Of a stretch of DNA of 64,000 bases, positions 28,501 through 38,081 are shown piece after piece. Numbering within the stretch: position 1 is the first letter of the stretch; every line of letters begins with the position of its first letter. The DNA lies in the sequence record KU726251.1. One strand, given 5' to 3'. The notes beneath the pieces are model-generated. The model was not told the DNA's origin. It ran no database searches and saw nothing but the letters and a program-made list of their open reading frames with translations. Position numbers and translations under genes: made by a program.

Positions 28501-29700
28501 GGCTGTGACCTTCCCGGTGACGGGATCGGCTTTTGACCCTTTACCCGTGAAAGTAATGCCGTTCACCCCGCTAATGTACAGTTTGTTGTCATCCGGGTCA
28601 ACGGTACCACCGCCGGTACCAGTGTCTTGTTGATAGCCCATGAGAGCGGTTGTGGTCAGTAACGTCGTACCATTAAGCGTCAGCTTATCCATCCCCAAGG
28701 CACTGCCAGTCGACTCAATACGTAATGTATTGATGCCTGCTTTCCACTCCATAAACCGGACGGTTCCAGTAGTATCGGCATACCCACACGCCAACACAAC
28801 AGAGCCATTAGATTTAAGAGTGAAAGCCTCAGCAGAGAACACAATTTCGGATTCGCCAGCAGGAGAACGGAACAGGGCACGAGTACCAGATATCGTCGCA
28901 TTAAACACCCCTTTGGATTCTTTCGATACCCATTTAGAAATGTACTTGTCGATATCCGATTGCTGCAGACCCAGTGCACGGACCTCGCTGGTTAACTGAC
29001 GCAACGTCTTTCCGTACGCCAGGAAAGTATCTGGCGTTTTCAGGTTGACAGGATGCGCACCGGCCTGCGCCGCGGTAGTCCCATGAGGGTTAGTGGACGC
29101 AATGTGTCCGGGGTAGTTAAATGTGGCGATTTCAGTTCCTAAGCCCAAAACCGCATCTTTCAGCTCAGTAAGCTTTTCACGAATCTGCTCGTTGGCCGCG
29201 CCGGCATCTAACTCCACATCATGCACTGCAGAGGCAACATACTTTTTATTCAGCATGTCTGACCAAGCTACCGCTGCAGGGGTGGCTGGGTACAGGGAAG
29301 GACGATTACCTAAAAGCAGCCAATCTGCAGCCGTTGGGTTGTTGAGTGCCTTAACTAGCTCATCCAACATCTCAATCAAACCACTGTAAAACGTACCCCC
29401 GAGCATCTGGCCTTCAAAGACCACCGCACCACGCAGTTTAGGGTTAATAAGATGCACCCCGCAAAACACCGGGGTCGTCACCGAGTCGTCCAACGGTGTT
29501 AAAGCATACTCCAGCTCATAGTCCGTCCCGCGGGTAAGCGGTATGTACGAGCCAGCGAGCCTTACCACCAATCCTTCGAAAAATGGGCGATGATCTAGCA
29601 TCACCACCCGATCGTTAGGATTGTCGGAGTCGATGATACGTTCCTCGATGAAGTGACACTCGGGATTTACACCCCGAGGATCGTAAGGATACGTTTTCAT
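25570..29700 (-). CDS. Long tail fibre/baseplate protein (1376 aa)
   Basis: YPYDPRG..PF F..L..GTDY N-terminal domain, STNPHGTT, fibre repeats (ATTSEPGVVTL, LGLDLADNTADVDKPLS, HHH). Confidence 0.8.
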   Translation of the reverse strand: MKTYPYDPRGVNPECHFIEERIIDSDNPNDRVVMLDHRPFFEGLVVRLAGSYIPLTRGTDYELEYALTPLDDSVTTPVFCGVHLINPKLRGAVVFEGQMLGGTFYSGLIEMLDELVKALNNPTAADWLLLGNRPSLYPATPAAVAWSDMLNKKYVASAVHDVELDAGAANEQIREKLTELKDAVLGLGTEIATFNYPGHIASTNPHGTTAAQAGAHPVNLKTPDTFLAYGKTLRQLTSEVRALGLQQSDIDKYISKWVSKESKGVFNATISGTRALFRSPAGESEIVFSAEAFTLKSNGSVVLACGYADTTGTVRFMEWKAGINTLRIESTGSALGMDKLTLNGTTLLTTTALMGYQQDTGTGGGTVDPDDNKLYISGVNGITFTGKGSKADPVTGKVTAKPATTSEPGVVTLTDKPSDVVKGQAATPASLLPYEGDLSSYVRKTTLLNNQPMDTGSRTLTKKDLGLDLADNTADVDKPLSDSLAEAVTGLSDKGHHHNFADLQIPTASQTVPGIARYSTNLNGLSDNRGVTPNVLNDLSKRLDVVAAALANAKEDSVTDFAAVRGKTWTVGSTRTTLAVTDLNYFYLLNGARKEGTVSGSIDLQTTPMFQWFSPDNRMETTWQNAVINTGAGIDFSGFEVAVPETDYGAQIGLTTTGMGDLSVVNLLAKTWVRCDSGKLRIWVRGGGAVSVYLDGEIIGAGITEAGYLEATVKEGWKQHCLAFRAECNDSAKAAAIRFTIYDGDFAVGASDKNTKVARLQEFVKTPNGLRHYLYVNMITDALYSRAEPIVDTEGINLERGYIGHIDVPDAGLVAGTTYEFETTFDFGMASELKRHFETRLAHGVSNTDWSLTDNPKMLPLNKVDPLPKQWLYAYPTNPSVSGDNLVRLDRGLFDYKFVSATSLRILLAAVVSTENASPYCWFTPSNPKENGMATFEGSVVIDTDYPEVPKTSDVEVSLNFMTPSADGKGKTRVLRWSNSKTSLNCGFIAAPYDKPTGRIASTQSSVTNTLVDAPRVIKSVEVQSPDCLDYLPVSIASEFAAIGSRWLIRYRYIVDTQILRISTISKIGGQASATVREIEYDIPFDAIDYFKGGALSISVTGLETGEGVTINHGLMDPSTTEVDLNRFHYLRSLFESYIERSPDSQSSGHEEMSISTVTFANFGDNVDNPVTEYITLSAAGEGYPELAPNGKLPAPFYKGLQKRGAPLLESAPADYTSNGGEWKYGFMRAYRPTQNERFVSVNGTMLSNYPGYIIVGSEKIPGNIIPFSASTTAVQISGTLARTKPMQPIHIVFVPPEGSVPPLQAKFTINGVGSSGNPLFVITETTPVELRTGGETLLIEKRNPFHIPTRTWDWILQTLDTERRNEGNNSGEWAS

Positions 29701-29712
29701 TCAAAAATCTCC

Positions 29713-32700
29713 TTAATCACGAATAATAAGTGTTCGAGCTGACGTGTTTTTCGGATTGAACGTCATCATCTTGGATGGGTGTGCCACCAGTGGAATTTTA
29801 CCTGCATCCACTGGTCGGAACGAACTGTATGAATAGTTGCACATCGCGCTGTTCATCTCATTAATCGTTGAACCTGCATCCACCACGCCAGTAAAGAATC
29901 TTGCGCGGTTTAAGCCGGAATAGTTAATCGCATAGTCAAGGAACGTGGCGTAATAACGATTCTTTGTCGGCATCGTGTTCAGGTTAGCGTAAGTCAAACG
30001 CGCTTCTGTGTCTGAACTAAACAAACCTCCCATGCCGTGATAAATCGGCGTACTCGGATCGGTAATCAGATTCGTCAAGTCGATATAGTCAGGACGGAGA
30101 CGGGTAGACAAATCCTCAGTCCACGACTCGCCGGTCGACTGCAAGGTGTATTTCAGCGTCTTTGTTGTCGCGGTTAGCGTCAGCTCAAAGTTAATCGTTT
30201 TGGAATCGATGTTAATCGTTCCCTCGAACGAAATACCGTCCGCTGTTCGCGTGTGGCTGAAACGCACCGATGGATTAAGTGCCGTCCAGTCATGTCCGGA
30301 ACCAGTAACACCGTTCAAGCCAATAACAACCTGAGCAGCACGTCCGTAGTTAACCGCGATTCCCGCATACGTGCTCACACCGCCTGGAGTGGTAATACGC
30401 CCTGCGGTGCGTGCGACGAGTACAGAAATACGGTGCATGAATGTGGCCGAGTGATGGCAACACCCAATTACCGTTTCTAGCACACTGTCCGCTGTTGCGG
30501 TTAAAGGTGTCCACGTTGCAGTAATGCCGTTATTCTGGAACATCGGGAATGTGTTGTGGACAAAACGATAATCGGCTACAGATAAACTGGTTGTTTTAAA
30601 CGTCCATTTATCAGCAGCCGGATCGTAGTCCGCTTTCAACATAGGCGTGTAGCTGCTAGCCTGCGCGTAACGCCAATCAGCATCTATACGTTTTGTACCC
30701 GGTGCGCCCGTGGACCACACAGGCCCGCCTGTACCGTAAGTAAATCCGAATTCAGCTTGCGTCATGCCCCGTCGAATATGGGCGTTATCATCCTCGATAT
30801 GCTCGCCTAATTCACGAAACTCACCTAAACGCGTCACGTTGCGGATTTCTACAAAAACCACACCGGTTTCACTGGTGATGATGGAACCTATTTTGGTCAT
30901 CGTCTCAGTTTCTGCCGTGTTTGGATTTTCGTAGATAATGTACTTGCCATCATCGCCCGCCGCGTCAACATACACGCCAAACTCGGCATCTTCGTGCGTC
31001 GCTGGGAATAGCTCAGCCAAGTTAAATGTGGAGAGAGGTACTTTGTACTCGCGACCAACGAAATAATCGTTCGCTTTAATAGTAACCATCCAGTCGGTGT
31101 AAGTGATGCCGTTTTCAATGATATCCGTGCCGGGTAAACCGTAACGAATAATGTTGATTGAAGCACCAGAGTCGACTGTCTTCGCAACCTTCTCTATCTC
31201 TGTGATGGCGTCCGCCTGTCGGATGACCACACCGCCGTCTAATGCCAGCGTGGCATCGTCAACCGCGGTGCCGAACTGTACTAAACCGAACTCCGTCGTT
31301 GTTGCACGCTTAATCCCGAACGCAGCAGAAGTGTGTTTGTGACCGACGACTGCATACTTGTCCAGCTCAGCTTGTTGGAGCGGGGAAATCGGCAATTGTA
31401 CATCTGGGACGTTCTGTACGTTCGATAAGCCAAAGTTAGTTTTATCGATGTAAATAGAACTCGTCAGTGGCATGTCGTTGATGTACGATTTAACGGCAAC
31501 CAACTTGCCCGTAAACTGCTGATCCAATTTCTTGATGAGTGCCGGCGTTGCGGCCAAGTCCTCACGATCGCCGAATTCAGTAGCCAACAAACGGACAGCC
31601 ATCAGGCCAAGGTCATCGGACTCCGGTGGAACAAAGGTACAAATAAACGGAACAGACTGAATACCGTTACCGTTAATGGTTACAGTAGCTGTGGAAGTTC
31701 CGTAAAACAGTCCATCGCCACCTGACTCGTTACCCGGCAAATACGGCCCGACCGTAGTAGGGTCCAACAGTTTCTTACCGTTGAACTCCAATCCACGGGA
31801 ATCCGGATAAAGGATGAGCTGGTTAGCCCCACTTTGCCATGTAATCGGGTTGTTCCCGGCGTTAACGGTTTGCGAATCGCGTCCAATAAAACGGATAACC
31901 CTCGGGTCAACCGTGAATTGTGCACCCACGCCTTCAGACTCATCGGTACCCACTGCCGACGTTATCGAAGTCAGGCCAGGCTTCATACCGAACGTGCCGT
32001 TGATAGACTGTGCAGCCGCCGGTAAACGTAAAAGCTTATTCGCCAGCGTTGACAGTTTCGGCAACAGATTGTTAACGTAATCTGTCAGCTGCGGTTGCGT
32101 TTTTCCGTATACCAGTGTCGCGTCCGAAGCAATACCGTTATTCTCCAAAGCACGGATTGCGCCCCACGAATCGCGATGTGGGTTATCCTTGCGCGGCACG
32201 TGCGTATGTGCCGGTGCATCACGGTACAGTTTATCGACAATCTGGTGATATTTTACCAGCAGCTGGTACACGTCATTGTTAACGTCAGGTGCCGGTGCGC
32301 CTGGTAATGAACGAATCTGGACGTAATCGTTCTCACCTGCCCACCAGTTTAGGTTGACGCCCGATTTAAACTTCAACCATTTTGCGACATCAGTTTTCTG
32401 ATACCCTGGCGCAAATTCGCTCGGTGGGTTGTCAACGTTAAAGCTGTAGTTAACGGTTTGCTTGCTTGTTTTAACGGTGATGTCGTAAACGCCGTTACCT
32501 TCGCGTCTGACCACGCTAAACTCAACCTCACCCGCCAACTCGGTATCGGTCAGGCCAGTCGTCAACGTATAGCTGTAATTGGACGAACCGGAACCAATCG
32601 CTGTCGTTAAAGTAAGATAAATCGCGCGTTGCTTCAACTGAAGACGCAGGATACTCGCCCCACCGTTTGCGTAACAGAGCATCCAATCGATCAACTCGCC

Positions 32701-33426
32701 TGGGTTCAACGTTGTTTCCGGTGGAATGCTCGGTAAACGGTATTTTACCGCTAACGAATACGCATCGAATGTCGTATTCTGGTAAGATAACGAATAACGA
32801 CGACGTGACGCGTTATACGTGTAGCCGCCAGTACCGTCGTACGTCGCATACTGCTCGGATGTGATAAGCGTGACGCCGGCGCGATATTGAAGGTCTAACG
32901 TGTTACGAGCAATCGGGTCAACGCGACTGATCGCTTCACCGAGCTTAGCACCAACCGCAACAATGGCTTCCATCAACTCAGATTCGCCACGCCAGTTTTC
33001 CCAATCGAACTTAATATCGACTGGTGGGAAATATAAATCCCCAATGACGTTATCCCATTGGCAGTCTACGGGATAGCGATCTTTATTCGCTTCTCGTTCT
33101 GCGGCGATCATTTCTGCAGTGGCTTCGCCGATACCAATTGCATGGTAATCGAGTGTAAAGCCACTCTGGTATTTCGGGTTGGTAATCCACACGCCGCCGT
33201 GACAAACATGACCAGTGCGGGCCATGCCCGTAACGTACGCATGGGTGATGACGTAATCATCACCTAATGTTAATTTCTTGCCGCCACTCTTGACCACCAG
33301 GGATGTGGTATAAAAGGGGGCGTGTGCGGGGAACAGCATCCGGTACTTAGTACCGATCGGCGTTACCGCTTCACCGGTCTGCATATTCCCCGGTTCTTGA
33401 TAGTGCGGGTCAGGGACGACAGCCAT
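29713..33426 (-). CDS. Long tail fibre/baseplate protein (1237 aa)
   Basis: APFY..L..G.DY domain, FPPVD, KDNPH, FGLSNVQN, HKH, ATTTEFGLVQ fibre repeats. Confidence 0.8.
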   Translation of the reverse strand: MAVVPDPHYQEPGNMQTGEAVTPIGTKYRMLFPAHAPFYTTSLVVKSGGKKLTLGDDYVITHAYVTGMARTGHVCHGGVWITNPKYQSGFTLDYHAIGIGEATAEMIAAEREANKDRYPVDCQWDNVIGDLYFPPVDIKFDWENWRGESELMEAIVAVGAKLGEAISRVDPIARNTLDLQYRAGVTLITSEQYATYDGTGGYTYNASRRRYSLSYQNTTFDAYSLAVKYRLPSIPPETTLNPGELIDWMLCYANGGASILRLQLKQRAIYLTLTTAIGSGSSNYSYTLTTGLTDTELAGEVEFSVVRREGNGVYDITVKTSKQTVNYSFNVDNPPSEFAPGYQKTDVAKWLKFKSGVNLNWWAGENDYVQIRSLPGAPAPDVNNDVYQLLVKYHQIVDKLYRDAPAHTHVPRKDNPHRDSWGAIRALENNGIASDATLVYGKTQPQLTDYVNNLLPKLSTLANKLLRLPAAAQSINGTFGMKPGLTSITSAVGTDESEGVGAQFTVDPRVIRFIGRDSQTVNAGNNPITWQSGANQLILYPDSRGLEFNGKKLLDPTTVGPYLPGNESGGDGLFYGTSTATVTINGNGIQSVPFICTFVPPESDDLGLMAVRLLATEFGDREDLAATPALIKKLDQQFTGKLVAVKSYINDMPLTSSIYIDKTNFGLSNVQNVPDVQLPISPLQQAELDKYAVVGHKHTSAAFGIKRATTTEFGLVQFGTAVDDATLALDGGVVIRQADAITEIEKVAKTVDSGASINIIRYGLPGTDIIENGITYTDWMVTIKANDYFVGREYKVPLSTFNLAELFPATHEDAEFGVYVDAAGDDGKYIIYENPNTAETETMTKIGSIITSETGVVFVEIRNVTRLGEFRELGEHIEDDNAHIRRGMTQAEFGFTYGTGGPVWSTGAPGTKRIDADWRYAQASSYTPMLKADYDPAADKWTFKTTSLSVADYRFVHNTFPMFQNNGITATWTPLTATADSVLETVIGCCHHSATFMHRISVLVARTAGRITTPGGVSTYAGIAVNYGRAAQVVIGLNGVTGSGHDWTALNPSVRFSHTRTADGISFEGTINIDSKTINFELTLTATTKTLKYTLQSTGESWTEDLSTRLRPDYIDLTNLITDPSTPIYHGMGGLFSSDTEARLTYANLNTMPTKNRYYATFLDYAINYSGLNRARFFTGVVDAGSTINEMNSAMCNYSYSSFRPVDAGKIPLVAHPSKMMTFNPKNTSARTLIIRD

Positions 33427-33458
33427 TTTACACTCCTTTTCTCTGAGGGCGTCGAGTT

Positions 33459-33467
33459 CATACTATG
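33459..33467. promoter_or_regulatory. Back-to-back TATG elements (CATA-C-TATG) between divergent virion genes
   Basis: The only TATG on each strand in the short 33427-33493 intergenic gap. Matches the phiKZ late consensus. Confidence 0.4.
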
Positions 33468-33493
33468 ACCCGAATCCTTAGAGGAAACAGCCA

Positions 33494-34755
33494 GTGACTA
33501 CTGCTTATCAAGTGCGGGCCGACAGCGCTTTTGGCTTCTCTCGAGACACCCGAACTTGGGGAACCATCGATGTCACGCAGCCCTTAAATACCCTTTGTGC
33601 TAACTACCACTTTTTCGAAGTAGGACTAGAAGCACTAGGTGCTGAATATACCTTCTATAGCCAGTATCACCTGGCTGATTTACAAAACCGTACGGACACG
33701 TTGCAAGATTGGTTAAACACCAAGTCAGGAATCGCAATTCCAACGCTTGGGAAGGGCCTACCGAAGCTCGAATTCGTTGAGGCACACTACCAGTCTATTA
33801 ATGCAGATGTGCCCGTAGAAACGCACCTGTGCCCTCCTGGGTACCATTACACTCAGGACTTCAATCCTGATGATGCACACGACGTTGTTGTATCTGCGAC
33901 GATGAGTGGAAAGAGAAATACCGTACCGGGGTACTGTACAACATCAACGGTCAATGGGTACCTCACCAATCTGACCCAGTGGGTGTTCGCTTAACCGGCG
34001 CTGGTAACATCGTGCGGCGTGCCAATACACCTGACATCGGCTGTCTGGTGATGGCAAACATCGGTAAAGTAAAGACCTACCCCATATCCGGTTTAACGAT
34101 GAACAAACTCGATACTACGCGAGATTACTATTCTTCGTTAATGTTGACCTTACCCGATTCCATTACAGGGAAAACCGTTGGGTTCGTCATCGGGGGTATT
34201 CTGCATTGGTTGCCGCCGCAGGGCTATTTCAGCGACCGTGCGATTATGCTGAGTCTGCCAAACCTTAGCGTGGCGAAGATTGTATTGGAAACCCGTCGCT
34301 ATTACGATTGGGACGCCATCGGTGTAGGTGATTTAAGTACGCCTACGTCCGTTCAACGTATTCGTAACTCAGAAACGTTAAAAGCGTTGCTGACGCACGA
34401 ATCCTCGTTTATCTTTACGATAGACAACCCGTATCTCGAAAAAGAGATTCACGGAATAAGCCACAACGCTATCTGGGGCCGGTTCTATTTAAAAGACCCG
34501 ACTGACCCAGATGGGAAGAAAACGCTAGGTCCTATCTTTAACCGTATTGGTAAATGTGTAGGGTACTGGCCGACCTGGGAAGAAGGGGAGTGGGTCTTTA
34601 ATACCACATTCTTCGACCGGGAAAACTTTTTGTTGGGGAACGCGCGTTGGTATAACCAGAATTTGGTAAACGACGCGCAGGCAATCGTCGGGCCTTTCGG
34701 GGCTTGGGGTAAGCCATTTGTTGAAATGCATCGCTACAAAGCACGAAAAAAATAA
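33494..34755 (+). CDS. Conserved jumbo-phage virion protein (~420 aa), split by a 1-nt frameshift at ~33891
   Basis: Restoring one base joins ...DAHDVVV to ICDDEWKEKYRTGVLYNINGQWVPH and ORF 33979..34755. Confidence 0.65.
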
Positions 34756-34762
34756 AAGGTAA

Positions 34763-34787
34763 ACCCTACTCCCGACGGGAGTAGGGT
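34763..34787. terminator. Bidirectional terminator, family member 3
   Basis: accctactccc-gac-gggagtagggt between convergent genes. Confidence 0.8.
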
Positions 34788-34823
34788 ACCTATATCTTTT
34801 TTGCCTGCAGGCCGATTACGCGT

Positions 34824-35024
34824 TTACGTAATAGATGCGTTGCCGAACATTTTGTTGTTGCCGCCACAAGCGGTAACTTTAAATGCTACGCCGCCTTCAG
34901 CTTCGGCTTTCTTAGCCAGCGCTTCGGTAACTTCGGTAACGGTGCTCAGTCCAGAAACCTGAACGGTGCCTGCTTCTACCAGACCAGAAACGTCGCTGCC
35001 TGCGGTGATTTCACGAATGCTCAT
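34824..35024 (-). CDS. DUF1471 (YdgH/BhsA/McbA-like) domain protein without signal peptide
   Basis: GTVQVSG..TVTEVTEALAKKAEAEGGVAFKVTA..GNNKMFGNASI matches the BhsA pattern GT.S......L..KA...G...F.IT...G.N..HGTA.IY. One restored T gives ...ASIYVNA* ending at 34816. Confidence 0.75.
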   Translation of the reverse strand: MSIREITAGSDVSGLVEAGTVQVSGLSTVTEVTEALAKKAEAEGGVAFKVTACGGNNKMFGNASIT

Positions 35025-35044
35025 TTACTTATCTCCATTAACAA

Positions 35045-35071
35045 ATGATAGCAGAAGAACCCTATGTTCAA
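35045..35071 (-). promoter_or_regulatory. Possible sigma70-like promoter for the DUF1471 gene
   Basis: TTGAAC-15 nt-TATCAT with extended -10 TG. The short spacer lowers confidence. Confidence 0.3.
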
Positions 35072-35231
35072 CTACTTGTACTTCGAGGCATATTAACTGC
35101 CCCGACTCGTAAATTAGTTGACAATAAACCGGCTTTTGTGCGAAAAAAGTGGCTAACTGTGCACAAGCGATTCGGGTTATCGTTACAGTTAGGGGTTTAT
35201 TGTCACATTATACCCCACACACGTAAATAAC

Positions 35232-36164
35232 TTAGTGTGGTGTACTGGTGTCGTTGCCCGGACCATGGCCAGTATGTACGTGAAGAGTAAAGGTGATGCC
35301 GCCGATAACCGATTCGGTAACTGTGAATGTGCCCTTACCCTCACCCTTGCCGTTATAGAGGAAATCCTTACCTACTTCCAGGTTACCGGTAAATAGATTC
35401 GTTGGGCATGTGGTCTTCCAGTCTTTAGTCGTCCATGCCATGTTTTTCGACGCTGTAGAGTTGCGAGTTTCGCACTTCTCGTTAATCGTCTTTGTCTCGA
35501 GATTAATAGAACGTTTAGCATAAATGAAAGCGTCCTCTTTATTGATATTAATCTTCGACCGGCAGGCGTTTTCAAACCCTAAGTCATCCTCTGGAGAGTT
35601 GAGGTAGAACTTACGCCCTTCGTCATCCACTAACTGGAAAAACCCGTCACGGGTATTCAGCTGGAGCAAATACGCATTTTTCTCGCCGTTAGTCATACTG
35701 GTACGTAAAGTAACGTGACCATCCATCGGGGAGATATTCAGTACGTAGGCGTTAGAGAGGTCATCGGCCATCTGGTTTACTGGGTCAGCAGACCAGGCAT
35801 ATACCCCATCTTCCAGTCGCTTAACGTTACTGTTGTTTAAATCTTCCCAGAAGTACATATCGGTTTCACCGATACGCCAGATTCTTACGTAGTCTTCTTT
35901 TTTCACATCCGGAGGGTTAACCCGGTTGCTGTTGGACTTCATCCATTTTGCAGTGATGGCATTACCTTGCTTTACAGTAAGGTTGTCAGTACCACTTAAA
36001 CTGTTGTGTTGCTTCTCTACAGGTGTCTCTGTTGCATCGACAGCTGTTGGATTAATAAAGTTAACTTCGATAGGGATGACTTTAACTCGAGTGGCACCAC
36101 GAGGTTTATCTTCCGCGACGATACCTATCGAGAAGATGTGCAACCCTGACTTAGATTTGTTCAT
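35232..36164 (-). CDS. Baseplate central spike protein (gpV/gp5-like)
   Basis: OB-fold-like N-terminus (SNRVNPPDVK...V.IWR), beta-helix-like middle, C-terminal HVH metal-binding apex motif as in P2 gpV-type spikes. Confidence 0.7.
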   Translation of the reverse strand: MNKSKSGLHIFSIGIVAEDKPRGATRVKVIPIEVNFINPTAVDATETPVEKQHNSLSGTDNLTVKQGNAITAKWMKSNSNRVNPPDVKKEDYVRIWRIGETDMYFWEDLNNSNVKRLEDGVYAWSADPVNQMADDLSNAYVLNISPMDGHVTLRTSMTNGEKNAYLLQLNTRDGFFQLVDDEGRKFYLNSPEDDLGFENACRSKININKEDAFIYAKRSINLETKTINEKCETRNSTASKNMAWTTKDWKTTCPTNLFTGNLEVGKDFLYNGKGEGKGTFTVTESVIGGITFTLHVHTGHGPGNDTSTPH

Positions 36165-36344
36165 ACCACCCTCCTCTCATACTACACTTTTTTACGTTTC
36201 GATCTCATCGTTTGACAATCGAGGAGAGTACGGGGGTAAGGGGGTTTATGTATTGGATGCGAACATAGACGGAGGTATCCGTAGGATACCGACATCCTTT
36301 TTGTAGTTGACCTTGACTTTTAACCTAACGAGGAGTGCAGTACC

Positions 36345-36662
36345 ATGTCTTTATTTCAAACCATTAAAAGTGCATTAGAGCGTAATGATGCAGACAGTGC
36401 CTTTACTGCGTTACAGAAAGCCAGTAACGGGAAGCTAAACAGCGTCTTTGCTAACAATCAAAGAATGCGCTTTTACAAAGTCGGGGAAGTAGACCAGTTC
36501 TACGACGAACTGTTTACAGGGGTAGTGCAAAGCGCGGTATACGTCATGCCGACTGAACAATTAAGTCAGTTTGAAAAAGGGATGCGTTACCAGCGGTTAA
36601 GTAACGACTACTCATTACTGAATCTGGCTATCGATGACTGCGTCGTACTGGTCGTATACTAA
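36345..36662 (+). CDS. Hypothetical protein
   Basis: RBS gaggag, 105 aa. Confidence 0.6.
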   Translation: MSLFQTIKSALERNDADSAFTALQKASNGKLNSVFANNQRMRFYKVGEVDQFYDELFTGVVQSAVYVMPTEQLSQFEKGMRYQRLSNDYSLLNLAIDDCVVLVVY

Positions 36663-36668
36663 GTTTTT

Positions 36669-36683
36669 ACAGATAGATGTCAT
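36669..36683 (+). promoter_or_regulatory. Candidate early promoter motif (CAGATAGATRTTAT family)
   Basis: ACAGATAGATGTCAT. Aligned copies at 40437, 42255, 49703 and 58786. Confidence 0.45.
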
Positions 36684-36782
36684 CTTAGTGAGCATTGTGT
36701 ATAAACCCACAGTCGCTTAAACACCAACTGTTCTTTAGTAACAGTTTTTGGTCACTTTAGTGTACTTTAAAGGAAATACCAA

Positions 36783-38021
36783 ATGTATAACGAATACGAA
36801 TTAGTTTACCAGACACCGAAAGAAGCATTCTTTAATGCAGTAATTACTAACTCAATTGTACTGTTGGGAATGCAGTTCAGTATTCGGAGTATGGCTTACA
36901 GCGACGTAACGTGGCAGGATTGTGCGTACCTGCCACAAAAGCTCTCAACCGTTGTCGAAAAGCGGCTGCTTGACAAAGGGGAAGTAAAGTGCCGTTTAGG
37001 CCACCACGTCTCTGACTTAGCGCCGTGGGTTGAATTAACCATGACGTTCGAAGGGGATTCGCGGGTAGCTTACCTATCGGGTAATCAAAACATCGGACGC
37101 GCCATTGCTGAGGGTAACACAATGTGGGTGCACTACATTCTTACTCTGCTGATCGATAAACCGGTGTTCGAGTTAACACCTGACATGCCGGCACTAAGCG
37201 ATAGCAACTGGTGGACTGGCGGAGAGCTGAATACAGGGTTTAATGAGAAATTACAAAACTTTAATTCAGAGCGACTCGATGTTGATGCGGAAGTGTTGGT
37301 GCAGCAGTTCCCCGAATTCACTGCGTACCAAATTACTACCGTATGGAATAGAGCGGTAAGCAAGCGCAGATTCTACACGAAAAACGCACCGCGTGAAGCA
37401 GCCAAACCTGTGGAAATTGACGAAGACACCAAGGAAGCACTGCGTGATCTAGTCACCATAGCCAATGATAGCAATATGATGTTCTGGACATCTGATGAAA
37501 ACGCTAACCATTATTTCGGTGAGATGTTAGACGCCGATGTTTGGTCAGTAATGCCGATAACAGAGCCAGGAAACCTTAAAGATTACTATAAGGTCGAAAA
37601 GGGTGAGGTGGTTAATGAGAAAGTCGTCGCTCTTCTTGCTGTTTTCCGCGAAGTTATCCAGTCAGAAATACTGTTAAGCATCTATAAACGCAAGACCCCG
37701 GCCAGTGAAAATGACACGGCGTGGGTATTTGACTGTCGACCGACAAATACAATATCGCCTGCGTTCTGGATACAAGTGTCAGGAACGCTGCAGCGTGTGA
37801 ACAGTTCCGTTGTTTCTCGCCTGCCAGATTCTGAAATGCGCTCCGTTGCCGAACCTGCTTATTTGATGTCGGCGAAGGCGGTACGGGATGCGTGGGGTAC
37901 CAGCGAACTGAAACAGTGGCATTACGATGCTATCATCGAATGGGGTGTTAACAATGGCTGGAAAGAAGTGACTAAGTACGGCCGTCAACTGTTGTTTGTC
38001 GCTGATTTGCGTTTACTGTAA
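36783..38021 (+). CDS. Hypothetical protein (412 aa)
   Basis: RBS aagga, long ORF followed by a hairpin and T-tract. Confidence 0.7.
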   Translation: MYNEYELVYQTPKEAFFNAVITNSIVLLGMQFSIRSMAYSDVTWQDCAYLPQKLSTVVEKRLLDKGEVKCRLGHHVSDLAPWVELTMTFEGDSRVAYLSGNQNIGRAIAEGNTMWVHYILTLLIDKPVFELTPDMPALSDSNWWTGGELNTGFNEKLQNFNSERLDVDAEVLVQQFPEFTAYQITTVWNRAVSKRRFYTKNAPREAAKPVEIDEDTKEALRDLVTIANDSNMMFWTSDENANHYFGEMLDADVWSVMPITEPGNLKDYYKVEKGEVVNEKVVALLAVFREVIQSEILLSIYKRKTPASENDTAWVFDCRPTNTISPAFWIQVSGTLQRVNSSVVSRLPDSEMRSVAEPAYLMSAKAVRDAWGTSELKQWHYDAIIEWGVNNGWKEVTKYGRQLLFVADLRLL

Positions 38022-38081
38022 TCTCGTCATCGGGGGTCTTGTACCCCCTTCTTATTTTTTAACCGTAAAGAGTATTTAACC

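Noticed and set aside
1-33426. Diversity-generating retroelement or invertase-driven fibre switching
   Set aside because: No reverse transcriptase, no recombinase/invertase, and no near-identical template/variable repeat or inverted crossover sites were seen. The paralogs are diverged throughout.
35045-35230. 61-aa plus-strand ORF between the spike and DUF1471 genes
   Set aside because: It has no RBS, opposes both neighbours and overlaps the putative promoter region of the DUF1471 gene.
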